Shown piece after piece: positions 43,910 to 54,624 of a stretch of DNA of 64,000 nucleotides (within the stretch, counting starts at the first letter, position 1; every line of letters begins with the position of its first letter). The notes beneath the pieces were generated by a model, which saw only the letters and a program-made list of their open reading frames with translations, had not been told where the DNA came from and did not search any database. The stretch covers positions 558,001-622,000 of the forward strand of contig NW_026515637.1 of assembly GCF_000738915.1 (NCBI RefSeq), read 5' to 3'. Source of the stretch: Nematocida ausubeli (taxonomy: Eukaryota). A program made the translations under genes and the position numbers.

Positions 43910-44301
43910 CACATGTGGGGTAAGGATATCATCTCTGTTAGGTCTAGGTGAACTATGCCAATTTAGCAGTACATAAACTATAGCTGAATCGGATATATAA
44001 TATAAAGAGGCATACTTCTATTCATGAGTTACAATGGCCCCAAGATAGTGCTTCAAAGGTCTGTAAATTGAAAATACATATAAGTTCTAGTATGCAGAAA
44101 ATTAAGAAAAAATGCAGGCTGCAGATTCTATTATAATATAAATAATTGCTATGCATTTGCAAAGAAAAAGAGCACTGGCTGCATAAATACCCTGTAACCA
44201 ATAAACACTATATGCAACTATAAGTAGAAAATGCTGCTTCTCATTGGTTATCTAGAAATGTGGTACTCTAGTATAAAACGGAAGACTGCTGGTAAAATAC
44301 A

Positions 44302-45099
44302 ATGGAAAATATATCTTACAGCATTGGAAATAGCTCACTAGTGCTTAAATATTTTGGATCATCTCTATCAGATTTAATAATTAGTATAGCGCATGTGATA
44401 AACAGTGCAGAAACTTTCAACGTAAGCCAGCTCATGAAATATTCATTTATGACCATAGCGGTATGGGCTGTGATTAGCCAGATGAGCAGCAGCACTAGCA
44501 TTATACGAGATATCTGTGAGAGGAGGTTGGCAGGCCTGGATAAAAGCTTGTCTATACACAGACAGAGATGCTTGCCTGCAAATTTCAAGATAATTATTCA
44601 AATTCTTAAAGGACTTCTCCACGGCTCTGTCTATACCATGGTTTTTATAGTCATCTTTTTATGCTGCGTAGAAATCTATGAAAGAGCAGGAATGAAAGCA
44701 GCGTGTTCCGCTGTGGGTATTCTTCTTTTTTTAGAGATCATACTTATGTGCATTCTGGTCAGCGCAGGCATAAGCTGTTCACTAGTAGTGTCACACATAC
44801 TCTTTCCTAGGGCAACTGCAATTTTTGTGTATGGGCTTATATGCGCGTTGACGCTCTGGATTTCCTTTGAGACAGTGTACATAGTAATTTCCCCGTTTGA
44901 TAAAACATTCATAGAGACTGCATTTCTTATTTACTGTATCATTCACGTTTTTATATTTGTGGCACACTTAGCATTGGCCTACTTCTCTAAACAAGATGGT
45001 TCCTTCTTTGAAGGCCTTTCCTCTGATATTAGGAAATACTTTGAGACTTCCTGGTTTTGGGTTATTTCCATAATTAATACCATTCTGGTTGCAATATAG
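44302..45099 (+). CDS. Multi-pass membrane protein, unknown function
   Basis: About 6 hydrophobic segments. Confidence 0.75.
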   Translation: MENISYSIGNSSLVLKYFGSSLSDLIISIAHVINSAETFNVSQLMKYSFMTIAVWAVISQMSSSTSIIRDICERRLAGLDKSLSIHRQRCLPANFKIIIQILKGLLHGSVYTMVFIVIFLCCVEIYERAGMKAACSAVGILLFLEIILMCILVSAGISCSLVVSHILFPRATAIFVYGLICALTLWISFETVYIVISPFDKTFIETAFLIYCIIHVFIFVAHLALAYFSKQDGSFFEGLSSDIRKYFETSWFWVISIINTILVAI

Positions 45100-46516
45100 C
45101 AGTGTTTTTTTATTATACTTTTCCAATATAAATACTTTAGCACAAATATAGTATTTCAGATAGGGTTTGCACATGTTTTTGGCGTGCAGCGAGTGCTTAG
45201 GGTGAATATAATGTAAAGATGCATAGGATGTGTGCGCTATTTCCAGGCAGATACTTTCCATATGTGCATGTATTGGGAGAATGCCGGCTTTAAAGAATGC
45301 TTTTGTTAATAATATTTGGGTGTGAATAAAGAAGCCATAGACTATTTGTTAATAATACATATGAGGTATGTTGTGCTATTCCACTAATAGGCTTTTCTTC
45401 TATAATTGGATGCTTTCTATATGGTATTTATTATGCATTGTATTTTATAGAAAATAGTTCAATATTAAGACCACTGTAAGGAGTTTTAAGCAAAAGAGCA
45501 CTCTTAGCTGAGTTTTCTCTGAAATGTTACACTTGTTCTCCCATTTGGCATCTAATTTACTTATCGTTGCATATTTATAGTTCTCAAGTCGGTTGTCAAC
45601 CAATTCCATGGTTCTCAAAGAGCTAGTACCGTGATGCCGATAGAAGTATGCCACAAAGTGATCACAACCCCAAATTACTAAAGTGAGCCTGAAAAGGGAG
45701 CAAAACTCCATGCAGTGTATTTGTCTACGACCAAAACCCTGAGAAGTCAATAGATAGTTATTGCCTTTCTTTGCTGAACCCAAAAGAAGGTTTTCTACCC
45801 CAAAGCATGGAAAACCAACTCTTTTAATTCTGAATATCTATATGAATTTGGATTATATAGTCAATATATAGTTCTCTATATTCTATGTAATGGTTTTGCA
45901 TTCTGCTCTTTCTTTGCCCCATTCTTACTTTCATTTATAATATAACCCGAATGCGCTCTAAGTATTTAAGAAAATTCTGCATAAACCATACACAGCCCGA
46001 ATATTTATTGTTAGAAAGAGATGAGTTTTTCATTCATTGCAGAAGAAATAAAATTATTTAAGTATATATGAATGTTTTACCAGCTTAAGCATTTGGTCTA
46101 AAGTACAAAGTTTTTCTCTACCTTAAGGGGTGATCTTGAAATTATTATTTCTTTAGCACTTCAGATCCATGGAATGTGCTATGCATTTTGACTTAAGCTG
46201 GTAATTGTTCTAAAATGATGAACTATTTATAGCCTGCAATTAATGAATTTTCTACTATATTATTGGTTTCCCATGACCTGCAGGCCAAGGCCATTATTGA
46301 AAATATACTATTCTGCAGTATATGAGTTTATTCTATACAATACAGCTTTTTCTATTTGTAGAGAGGAATTCAAGTATAACCACAAAAGGGCTACTATATG
46401 AATATACAAGCGCATATGTATATTTAAATAAGCTGCAGTGTATGGATATATTTTGGAAGAAAAAAGGAAGTCTGATGTATTCTTCGGGTTATAGAGGAAG
46501 AACCATAATGGCTTTT

Positions 46517-46759
46517 AAATAGTAGACTAATAGAGAAAGCATCTTGTTAAGCAAAGAACTTTTATTTATGCTGCAAAATGTGCATTCAAGCAGGCTCTTA
46601 TTTATAGTTTGTGCTGGATATCCTGGTATTTTATGTGTCTTACAGATGTAAGCCCAAGTTTATTCCCAGGACCTTTTCTGCAATTAAATTGCAAAAACTT
46701 TAATTCTGCACCTTCTGCAGCCGCAAAAAAGTTCCTGTGAAGTGGGAATTTTACCATAA
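46517..46759. repeat. ~240-bp dispersed repeat, copy 1, at the 3' end of an LGF1-like gene
   Basis: Aligns to 61677-61918 with about 9-10 differences, counted by eye. Confidence 0.9.
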
Positions 46760-49528
46760 GCAGAAAAAAGATTTGCGCTTAATGGCAAACTTAAAGTATA
46801 ATATCAGTTTATCATAGTTTTTTATACTTTTTTTGTCATTCTTTGTGCACAAAAGACTCTTTCTTTTTTTCAAAAAACTTACACATTTTCTGAATCCTAC
46901 ACTAGATATCCCTAGTTCTTTGAAATCACTTATATCCTGCAGATGATCAAATAGTATAAAGTTGTAAACTGTTTTAATAAGGTCCGGTGTGAACTCGCAG
47001 TTGCTTGTACATATGTGAAAAAGCCAGGAAGTGTATACAAAGTTTAAAATGTAAAAGTCCTTAGTTTCATTAAGAATGGACTGAATTTTCACTAAGCTGT
47101 CTAGGCCTTCAGATGCGATATGATTAAATACAGACTTTGAGGACATGAAATACCTTGCCATATAATGCATTTTGCGGTAATCCATAGTTGCTTTAAAATA
47201 GTTGCCTATAGCTTTTATGGTAGTAGGGACTGGGCATGATATTAGCAAATTTGAAAAATATATTTCTGATGAGCTCAAATGTATAATCTCTGTTTCAGGT
47301 AGATGCTCAGATGGCTTATATCCAAGTTTTGGGTAGTATTCCTGCCATTTTGGATGTATTGGGAAGAATTTCATCATTTGCCGGCGGGTTAGAGAATCAT
47401 TGAGCGGAACACTTCCTAAAATGTTTGCAGTAAAGCGTGCCGCAGGGTTAGTTGGGTCTAGCTCATTATTGATTGTAGAGACTATAAAAAGCTTTATAAT
47501 ATGCGCCTTAATGCTAGTGTTAGCAAGCTTTCCGAATAGGAATATTTTAGAGATATTGTTAGGCATATCCTGTAATATTGGATCTATGCTTTTTATAAGA
47601 TCATTTGAGGGCATGCAACTGATAGATCTTAAATCATTCAACTCAGCATCAATATATCGAACAACAATATATTCTATATAGGACTCAATTCCATTGTAAG
47701 TATTTTTTACTTCTTCACACTTTTCTATAATGTATGCAGAATTGGCATCTAAGGATGAAAGAAGAGTAAGAATTCCATGCCCTTTTGTTACTTTTAAAAC
47801 AATTCCATTCTCTGCTCCATCAAACACATAAATAATTTTAATTTCAGCTAAAAGATCTGCTTTTCCATTTGACCTCTGTCCAAGCGCCATCTGGTTGCAT
47901 TCTACTCTCACGTTCTTATTCAGTGACAGAGACTTAATAATCGATTCTATCTTATTCTTAATGTAAAATTTCTGCATATTATCGAATTCCCCTGCTTTAC
48001 ATGCAGTCTCTATATACTCAACTAGTTTTAGCATTCCCTCCTTCTGGCCTGTTATTTCTGCAATTGCCAGGAATATATTTCCAATCCCAGCTATAAGTTC
48101 ATTTTTCTCTTTCTTGTAGTCAATTTCATGATTATCCAAACAAGCAACAACTCTGCTCCACTGTTTGTGCATTTCAAAGTCTGTGGCTTCTGTTGGCTTT
48201 GGATACTTTTCAAAGAAGTCTCTCAACTCTTTGCTTACTCCCTTTCCCATGTGGCAGGTTTCGTACTTTCCAGTCTCTGGATTATATGCCAGGCAGCAGA
48301 ACAGTCCAAGCAGAGCTGTTTCTACGCAGTCACTATAGTAAAAGGACTGATCTAACTCAAAACCTGATTTATCCTTCTTGTATCGTGGCACTCTAGTATA
48401 CTGCGGCAGCTGACTATCATTGCAGAAGGGAAATTTAGCATCTTCATTTTTAGCCTGTATAAGATCACAGAACGATTCAATGTACTTTATATTTTCGCCA
48501 AGTGCATCTTTCGCTAGAAAGAGCTCATCGAATATTCTGCCTTTTTTGCCTTTCTTCTTAGTCTGCTCGGGGTTTTCCTTTTCAACTACTTGATCACCCA
48601 TTAGTTCATGCGCTGCTTCTACAAAGTCCTTGTAGTCTTCTGCTGTGTCAATAAACTCGTAGATGTACGTCTGTATAAGGAAGGCTGCACTGTTTAAAAA
48701 ATTCCCGCTCTCAAACTCTTTTTTACAAGAAGGCATTGCAAACTCGCCCCCCTTCTTTAGCAGCGGATTATCTCTACAGCGTCTATAGAAGTTAACAATT
48801 TCAGCTGCCTCACTTTGGTAGATGCTCTCACTGTGCTCATTGGTAACTGGATCTATACCTGTAGTATGCATTTCCACATTCACAAACACTTTCTCCTTGC
48901 TTTTCTTACTTTTTATGACAAGCTTTTTTTTGTCTCCTGTATGATCTATATCTATTTTAATGTCAACGCCCTCTGAGAGAAGCAGCAGCGCAGCAAGAAT
49001 GTACTTGGTATCCTTCTTAACGTGATCTGCTCTTAGGAAGTTCGTAAGCGCGTTTGGCCTCCCTGCCTCAATGGAAAGGTCTCCATCTATTGAAGGAAAC
49101 ATCTTTATGAGCTGTGTATGATAAGTACTAAGATACTTTTCTCTAGAACTCTTTGTATCCAACTCTTTATATGATCTGTCATTGACTGGTGTTCTTGCAA
49201 ATGTATACTCTTGCTGGCCAAAACGAGATATTTTATCCTTCTTCAACAAATAGTCTGTGTCTATTTCAGAGGAATAAAACCGCTTATTGTACATGTATCT
49301 GCTTCGGTGCCCAATGTAACCGCGTTGTAGATTTAATGGCCCATTTGGATTAATCACTACGTCTTGCGCCTTTCCAACCAAAGTCTCACTGACTGCCTTT
49401 ATATCTTCCATATTAACTCTTGTAAGAACACTCCGCGCCATTGCTAGGATCAGAAGTATTTTGCGGATCATTATATGCAAATTAGAAAAAGACTTCTTCC
49501 TTAACTGTTTTAGTTCTGCATTCTTCAT
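46751..49528 (-). CDS. Nematocida large gene family 1-like secreted protein
   Basis: Signal-like ILLILAMARSVLT; INPNGPLN, KRFYS, FPSIDGDLSIE, LLLLSEGVDI, YSDCVETALLGLFCCLAYNP, WSRVVACL, RFTANILGS. Confidence 0.85.
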   Translation of the reverse strand: MKNAELKQLRKKSFSNLHIMIRKILLILAMARSVLTRVNMEDIKAVSETLVGKAQDVVINPNGPLNLQRGYIGHRSRYMYNKRFYSSEIDTDYLLKKDKISRFGQQEYTFARTPVNDRSYKELDTKSSREKYLSTYHTQLIKMFPSIDGDLSIEAGRPNALTNFLRADHVKKDTKYILAALLLLSEGVDIKIDIDHTGDKKKLVIKSKKSKEKVFVNVEMHTTGIDPVTNEHSESIYQSEAAEIVNFYRRCRDNPLLKKGGEFAMPSCKKEFESGNFLNSAAFLIQTYIYEFIDTAEDYKDFVEAAHELMGDQVVEKENPEQTKKKGKKGRIFDELFLAKDALGENIKYIESFCDLIQAKNEDAKFPFCNDSQLPQYTRVPRYKKDKSGFELDQSFYYSDCVETALLGLFCCLAYNPETGKYETCHMGKGVSKELRDFFEKYPKPTEATDFEMHKQWSRVVACLDNHEIDYKKEKNELIAGIGNIFLAIAEITGQKEGMLKLVEYIETACKAGEFDNMQKFYIKNKIESIIKSLSLNKNVRVECNQMALGQRSNGKADLLAEIKIIYVFDGAENGIVLKVTKGHGILTLLSSLDANSAYIIEKCEEVKNTYNGIESYIEYIVVRYIDAELNDLRSISCMPSNDLIKSIDPILQDMPNNISKIFLFGKLANTSIKAHIIKLFIVSTINNELDPTNPAARFTANILGSVPLNDSLTRRQMMKFFPIHPKWQEYYPKLGYKPSEHLPETEIIHLSSSEIYFSNLLISCPVPTTIKAIGNYFKATMDYRKMHYMARYFMSSKSVFNHIASEGLDSLVKIQSILNETKDFYILNFVYTSWLFHICTSNCEFTPDLIKTVYNFILFDHLQDISDFKELGISSVGFRKCVSFLKKRKSLLCTKNDKKSIKNYDKLILYFKFAIKRKSFFCLW

Positions 49529-50480
49529 TTTCCTTAAAAGTCAGCTATTTCAGTTTATAAATAGATCACTTTGGCGCGCTTTCTATAGGTATCTTGCATG
49601 GATAGCTATCCAGTGAACTAAAAAAGTTCTGTTTTTAAATGGTCAAGTAGATTTATCCAATATGCATACTTAAATAGACTATTGATCATCTCTATACTAT
49701 TTTTCTATATGCCAGCTCAGCAAATAGAAAATACTTTTTAAAATACATCCAAATGTAAACATATTAAAACTTGAAGATCTACTTTATTGAATGGGCCTCT
49801 ATATACACATGGCATCTAATTTAAATCAAATAATGTACTGGATTTTTATTATGAATAAATGCTAGTTTATTTTTCTATGGCTTTATAACACTGGAGCTAA
49901 TTTCTATAAATAAATCCGGGTATATGTGTATTTAAAGTTACTAAGCAGAAAGCATACATTACCCCACCACTTATAGTAACATAGTGGTAGAAGAGATGTA
50001 GTCTAGAAATAATGATCCCGCGAGCTTAATATCATGCTGTGTAAAGAACTTTTACTTTTCTAATAAAATATATTTGAGCTCTGCTCTTGTTCAGAGTTTG
50101 TCTTGACTATTCTGGTATTTTGTGTCCTTTGCAGAAAAAAGTCTAGTTTTATTTGGAGAACACAACTATGCGTTTTCTGCAATCCTATTGCACACATTCT
50201 AGTATGAAATCCTTTGGAATAGAAGGAAAATCCCAGGGGAATAGGAGTTTTATCACATTTACCTATAATGCGATTGCATCTACACTTAAAGTATATGCTT
50301 GGGTTAGTCTATGCATGCAGTGTCATACTTCTGATGCCAGGGGATGGCTATGACGATTCGTATGGGCTGGAGCATACTAAAATAGGTGTCAATTAGAGGA
50401 AATCAAAAGTTTTAATTAAGGAATTGGGATTAATTAAAAAAACAAACTATTTAAAAAGTTTAAATTTTAGAAAGTGCATT

Positions 50481-53400
50481 ATGGTATCTTATGTAAGAAC
50501 AAGTGAAGCTTTCAAAACTCACATAATTGGTATTCTATGTATGGTAGTCATCTGTATGTTTTTCAGGGCGCGCGCTGCAAACACTGAATATAATAGTAAC
50601 AGTACAGAAATTAATACAGAACAGGCAAGTGCATTGCAAGAAATCTATAAAAATGACACGGCGTATAATCCAGAAGAGCCACTTGATTTGAGCATTAAAA
50701 AGAAAACATACACAGTAGTTCGCAAATTCTATCTAAATAACGATGGAACGCTATTCTATATAAATAGAACAAATCATAAAATATACATACACTTCACCGA
50801 GTATATAGCCAATATCGACGAAATATTTTATAGAGTATATACTGACGCTTTGGGCAACCTGGTCTATATAAATATTGCAATCAATCCTTATGCCAGTGGC
50901 AAATACACAGGCAGTAGTATTGCACAGTACGCATTAAATAGTCCAGCTGGAGCACTCCCAATGAATGAGCGGAAGAGGACTTATGCTTCAACAAGTTCAA
51001 ATAGTTATTCGGATGTAGAAAATCCCAGAAATACAAAAATTAAGGAAAAAAATGGTAAATCTGCCAAACATAGATTCATTATAACCAGACATCATAAAAA
51101 AATATACACAAGTATCCAACAGTACATTAATATAGCACATTCTAACCTAATCAGAGATAAACCTAATGGTTTTTCATACTGGTTTGATAATAGTGCCATA
51201 AATAACGAAAATCCAAAATGTAATTGCGTTATATCAATGAATAACAAAAATATAGTTGGTATATGGCGCTTCATAATTAAATCAACACATGTCTCCCTAA
51301 ATCAAAAGATAAACTGCATTAAACAATTGATTAATCAAAAAGGAAAAGAAAATATAAATAAGCAATTAGAATATTATTATTCCTTTTTGGAGGGCTTGAA
51401 CGAATACATAGAAAGTCACATAAATACAGAGCACATCCGAGCAAAATACGACTACACAGATAGCAGTAAGAACAACATATGCTCCGTGTCTAAAACAGAG
51501 CCAGAGACACTTGGAGAAATATATGAGGAGACCCAAACAGATCTTAAGTGGTGGGCTAACAGTATGTCTATTATCTATGCAAAAACTGAGAAGATGAAGA
51601 AAGAATGCTCAATAGATGATGCAGCACTAAAAGAAAAGCTGCACTTTATTCTAAAGCTGCCAGAGGTGCTCAGAGACTTGGTTCTGATAACTCCCGAGAT
51701 ACTGGTAAAAACAAAAGAAGAAATGGAAAAGATATTTGGTTCAGATACTAGCAGGGTTTTCTGCATTATAGAGTACTTATACTACTTAGTGAATGATGAT
51801 GCTGACAAAATGAATATTGCGTATAATGAAGTTAAATCGCTATTTGTGAACGAAGAATCTATATGTACCTGCACTACTATGGAGGTATATAGGGCTGTCT
51901 ATAATGTGTTTTGTTCATTTTACCAATGTGCACCATTTACCTGTGTAGCTGATATTAAAAGTGAAGAAGACAATCCCGAAAAAAAAGAAGCACGCACTAA
52001 AAGAATTTTTCAGTCCTACTGTCCGTACATACCAAAGAGTGGTGTCTTCAGACTGCGTGGAAAAAGAGCAATTGTAAGGGCACAGATTAAAGGATATATA
52101 CAAACTGTAGAGTTGCCTATGCCGAATCAGCAGGAAAATCAAATGAGTGAACTTGTATCAGATTTTAGGTATTTCAATTCAGAGCTTAATACGGAATTTT
52201 TAAACATAGCAAGCAGTGGTCACTATCATGTGCAGCTAGTTGACAACACACGCCACACAGTAAAACTCATTCCTATTCCAATGATAAATCCTTCTTTTAC
52301 TAAGATTCACAAAGACCAAACTCATTCAATTCAATGTATAGTAGAGTACATAAAATCTATACTGAGGTCGACCTATCCAGAGAAGAGTTCAGATTTTAAT
52401 GTTTATCCATTTAAATACGATAGAATCGATAAAACCTGGTTACTCATAAACAAAGAAAAAGCGGAAATACCAGACGAAATATCCCTGACTACTACTATAC
52501 ATAAAGTGAATAATTGTGGATATGATGTAGTCTTCTACTACTTTAAAGAGGATATAGATAAAACACTTTTTGTGCCCGTAGATTTTATGTGCCCCGTCGC
52601 TTCAAAAACCGAGAAAGCGCCAAGAATTCCTCTATTTCTCACAGAATTCATGCTAGTAAACACTGCAGTGGGGCCATACATAGCTGATAGCTTAGTTTAT
52701 ATTAATTTACTCCAATTTATCTCTAGCTCTATTAATATAAAGATTAATACTATTTTTCGTGCGAATATTCATACTGATATAAACAGTCGGAATCCATCTG
52801 ATGCAACAAAAAACACAAATATATTACAACTAGAAAGAAGCTATATTGACTACTACTACAGCGACTTTTTCATTCTAAATATATATGAAAAAAAAGTCTG
52901 CACAGCAGAATGTTTTAGTATGTTTTCTACAAACGAAGTATCCCTAAATACCCCGAAGTTATCTATAAAATGGATTACACAGATAAAGAAAAGTGTAAGC
53001 GAGTATACAAGCTACTGGCTTATTTTAGATCCAAACCAAAACATTCAGAAAAAAGACCAAAACAAATGTGACAAAACAACTGTCTCGACACTTCTGAGTA
53101 TATTGCAGAGTGAGAGTTCATCGGGTGACAAAGTCACATACGGTTTGTGCATCTATCATAGATTTTTAGATGGTAAGGAAGTTGCGGTTCCAATTATGTG
53201 CGAGAAAATGCGAAGGCTTTTGAGTGAGAACATTGATGGTGAGCTTAGGTCTAAATATGCAATCTGTGAAAGTGATATTCTCCCTCCACGAATTGATATT
53301 AAAGACATAAAAGAGAGTACTTCTGTCTTTATCACAGTAAAAACCTTTAACTACACGCAGGCAAACCTTGGAATGCACTATGACATGCTAGCTGCTCTCT

Positions 53401-53486
53401 TCCATAACAAAAATAAATCCACACCAGTAATAATATCAACGATCAGATTGGAAGCAACACGAAAACCCGAAACAGTGCTAACATGA
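50481..53486 (+). CDS. Predicted secreted lineage-specific protein, tandem copy A
   Basis: ~1000-aa ORF; hydrophobic IIGILCMVVICMFF followed by ARA; paralog of 54625-57860. Confidence 0.85.
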   Translation: MVSYVRTSEAFKTHIIGILCMVVICMFFRARAANTEYNSNSTEINTEQASALQEIYKNDTAYNPEEPLDLSIKKKTYTVVRKFYLNNDGTLFYINRTNHKIYIHFTEYIANIDEIFYRVYTDALGNLVYINIAINPYASGKYTGSSIAQYALNSPAGALPMNERKRTYASTSSNSYSDVENPRNTKIKEKNGKSAKHRFIITRHHKKIYTSIQQYINIAHSNLIRDKPNGFSYWFDNSAINNENPKCNCVISMNNKNIVGIWRFIIKSTHVSLNQKINCIKQLINQKGKENINKQLEYYYSFLEGLNEYIESHINTEHIRAKYDYTDSSKNNICSVSKTEPETLGEIYEETQTDLKWWANSMSIIYAKTEKMKKECSIDDAALKEKLHFILKLPEVLRDLVLITPEILVKTKEEMEKIFGSDTSRVFCIIEYLYYLVNDDADKMNIAYNEVKSLFVNEESICTCTTMEVYRAVYNVFCSFYQCAPFTCVADIKSEEDNPEKKEARTKRIFQSYCPYIPKSGVFRLRGKRAIVRAQIKGYIQTVELPMPNQQENQMSELVSDFRYFNSELNTEFLNIASSGHYHVQLVDNTRHTVKLIPIPMINPSFTKIHKDQTHSIQCIVEYIKSILRSTYPEKSSDFNVYPFKYDRIDKTWLLINKEKAEIPDEISLTTTIHKVNNCGYDVVFYYFKEDIDKTLFVPVDFMCPVASKTEKAPRIPLFLTEFMLVNTAVGPYIADSLVYINLLQFISSSINIKINTIFRANIHTDINSRNPSDATKNTNILQLERSYIDYYYSDFFILNIYEKKVCTAECFSMFSTNEVSLNTPKLSIKWITQIKKSVSEYTSYWLILDPNQNIQKKDQNKCDKTTVSTLLSILQSESSSGDKVTYGLCIYHRFLDGKEVAVPIMCEKMRRLLSENIDGELRSKYAICESDILPPRIDIKDIKESTSVFITVKTFNYTQANLGMHYDMLAALFHNKNKSTPVIISTIRLEATRKPETVLT

Positions 53487-54624
53487 AAACCAGCACCAAA
53501 GACAGCTACTAAAAAGTTTGTCAGAAAGTCTTCTAGAACGACTAAAGATAGAGCTTTTTACACCGAGTAGAATAAAATCGCTAGAAGCTGGCACCTACTT
53601 ATTATCACACTACCAAAAGCACCTACACGCAAGATCACAACCAATCCAACCAAAAGCTTCAATACTAACCTTCAAGCACTTTATAACCATACCAATACAT
53701 ATAACAGAGTGTGTTGGTAAACTCTAGCAGAAATAAAATAAAGTATTTTTAAGTAATAATGCAATAGACTTTGTTGGTTTAAACTCTTTAATAACTATTC
53801 AACATGGCCAATCTAGCACAACTAGAAACGCATAATTACATACCAACAAGCTTCCTCTAGATAGACCACATTATACTATATACTACTGTGTCCTATCCGC
53901 AATAACACTTATTTTTATCCAATGCGCACCATATTTTATTCTCTTTGTGCTGCGTAGTGCTAGATATTGCCTATGGCTAAACTCAAGGACTTTAGCACCC
54001 TTCCACTAAGGGGTCTTTGAGTTTTGTCTTTTTTTATATTTTCCGCGTTTCTTCTCGAAAAATAGAAATAATATTAAAGTGTTTACTTATGAGGAAACAA
54101 TAAAGATATTTTACATTTTTATAAAAAATAGTAGGACAATTTACATTTTATTTATGAAATTAAGCTATAAATATACAGAAAGCTAGCAGAGTAGAGAGAA
54201 AGGCAAGAATGACTAAATACACAAAGACTAAAGTTTCTTTTCAAAAATTGGCAGAACACATTTATTGGCTTATTAGGATGAATATGAGAACCTTCTAATT
54301 TCCCAGCTAAGTTTTTGCACTATTATGCACAAAGCTTCCTTCAAGAAAAAGAAAATATAGAGCCAAGACCATAGAGGTATGCTGAGGCATGCTAGAAATG
54401 CTTTTGATGTGATTATGTCTAAACGTAAAATAAGTGCTTGTTCTAGCGTATGCATGCAGGAAACTCCTCTGATATTAGGAGATAGCCATGTTAGTTTGCA
54501 AGAGCTAGAGCAGACTAAAAGGATTATTAGTTAGAAAGAGTTAAAAGTTTTAATTAAGCCGGTGAGATCAAATTAACAAAACAAGCCATTTAAAGAGTTT
54601 AAATTTTTTTTAAAAAACATATTA

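Noticed and set aside
45445..45810. Integrase-like remnant (KKGNNYLL and, in another frame, VLVVDKYTAW)
   Set aside because: Two short matches in different frames with no downstream D,D-35-E continuation; cannot be distinguished from chance.
51540..51930. USP deubiquitinase Cys-box resemblance in the tandem paralogs (WWANS...LKLPEVLRDL)
   Set aside because: No catalytic Cys or His box identifiable; too weak without a profile search.
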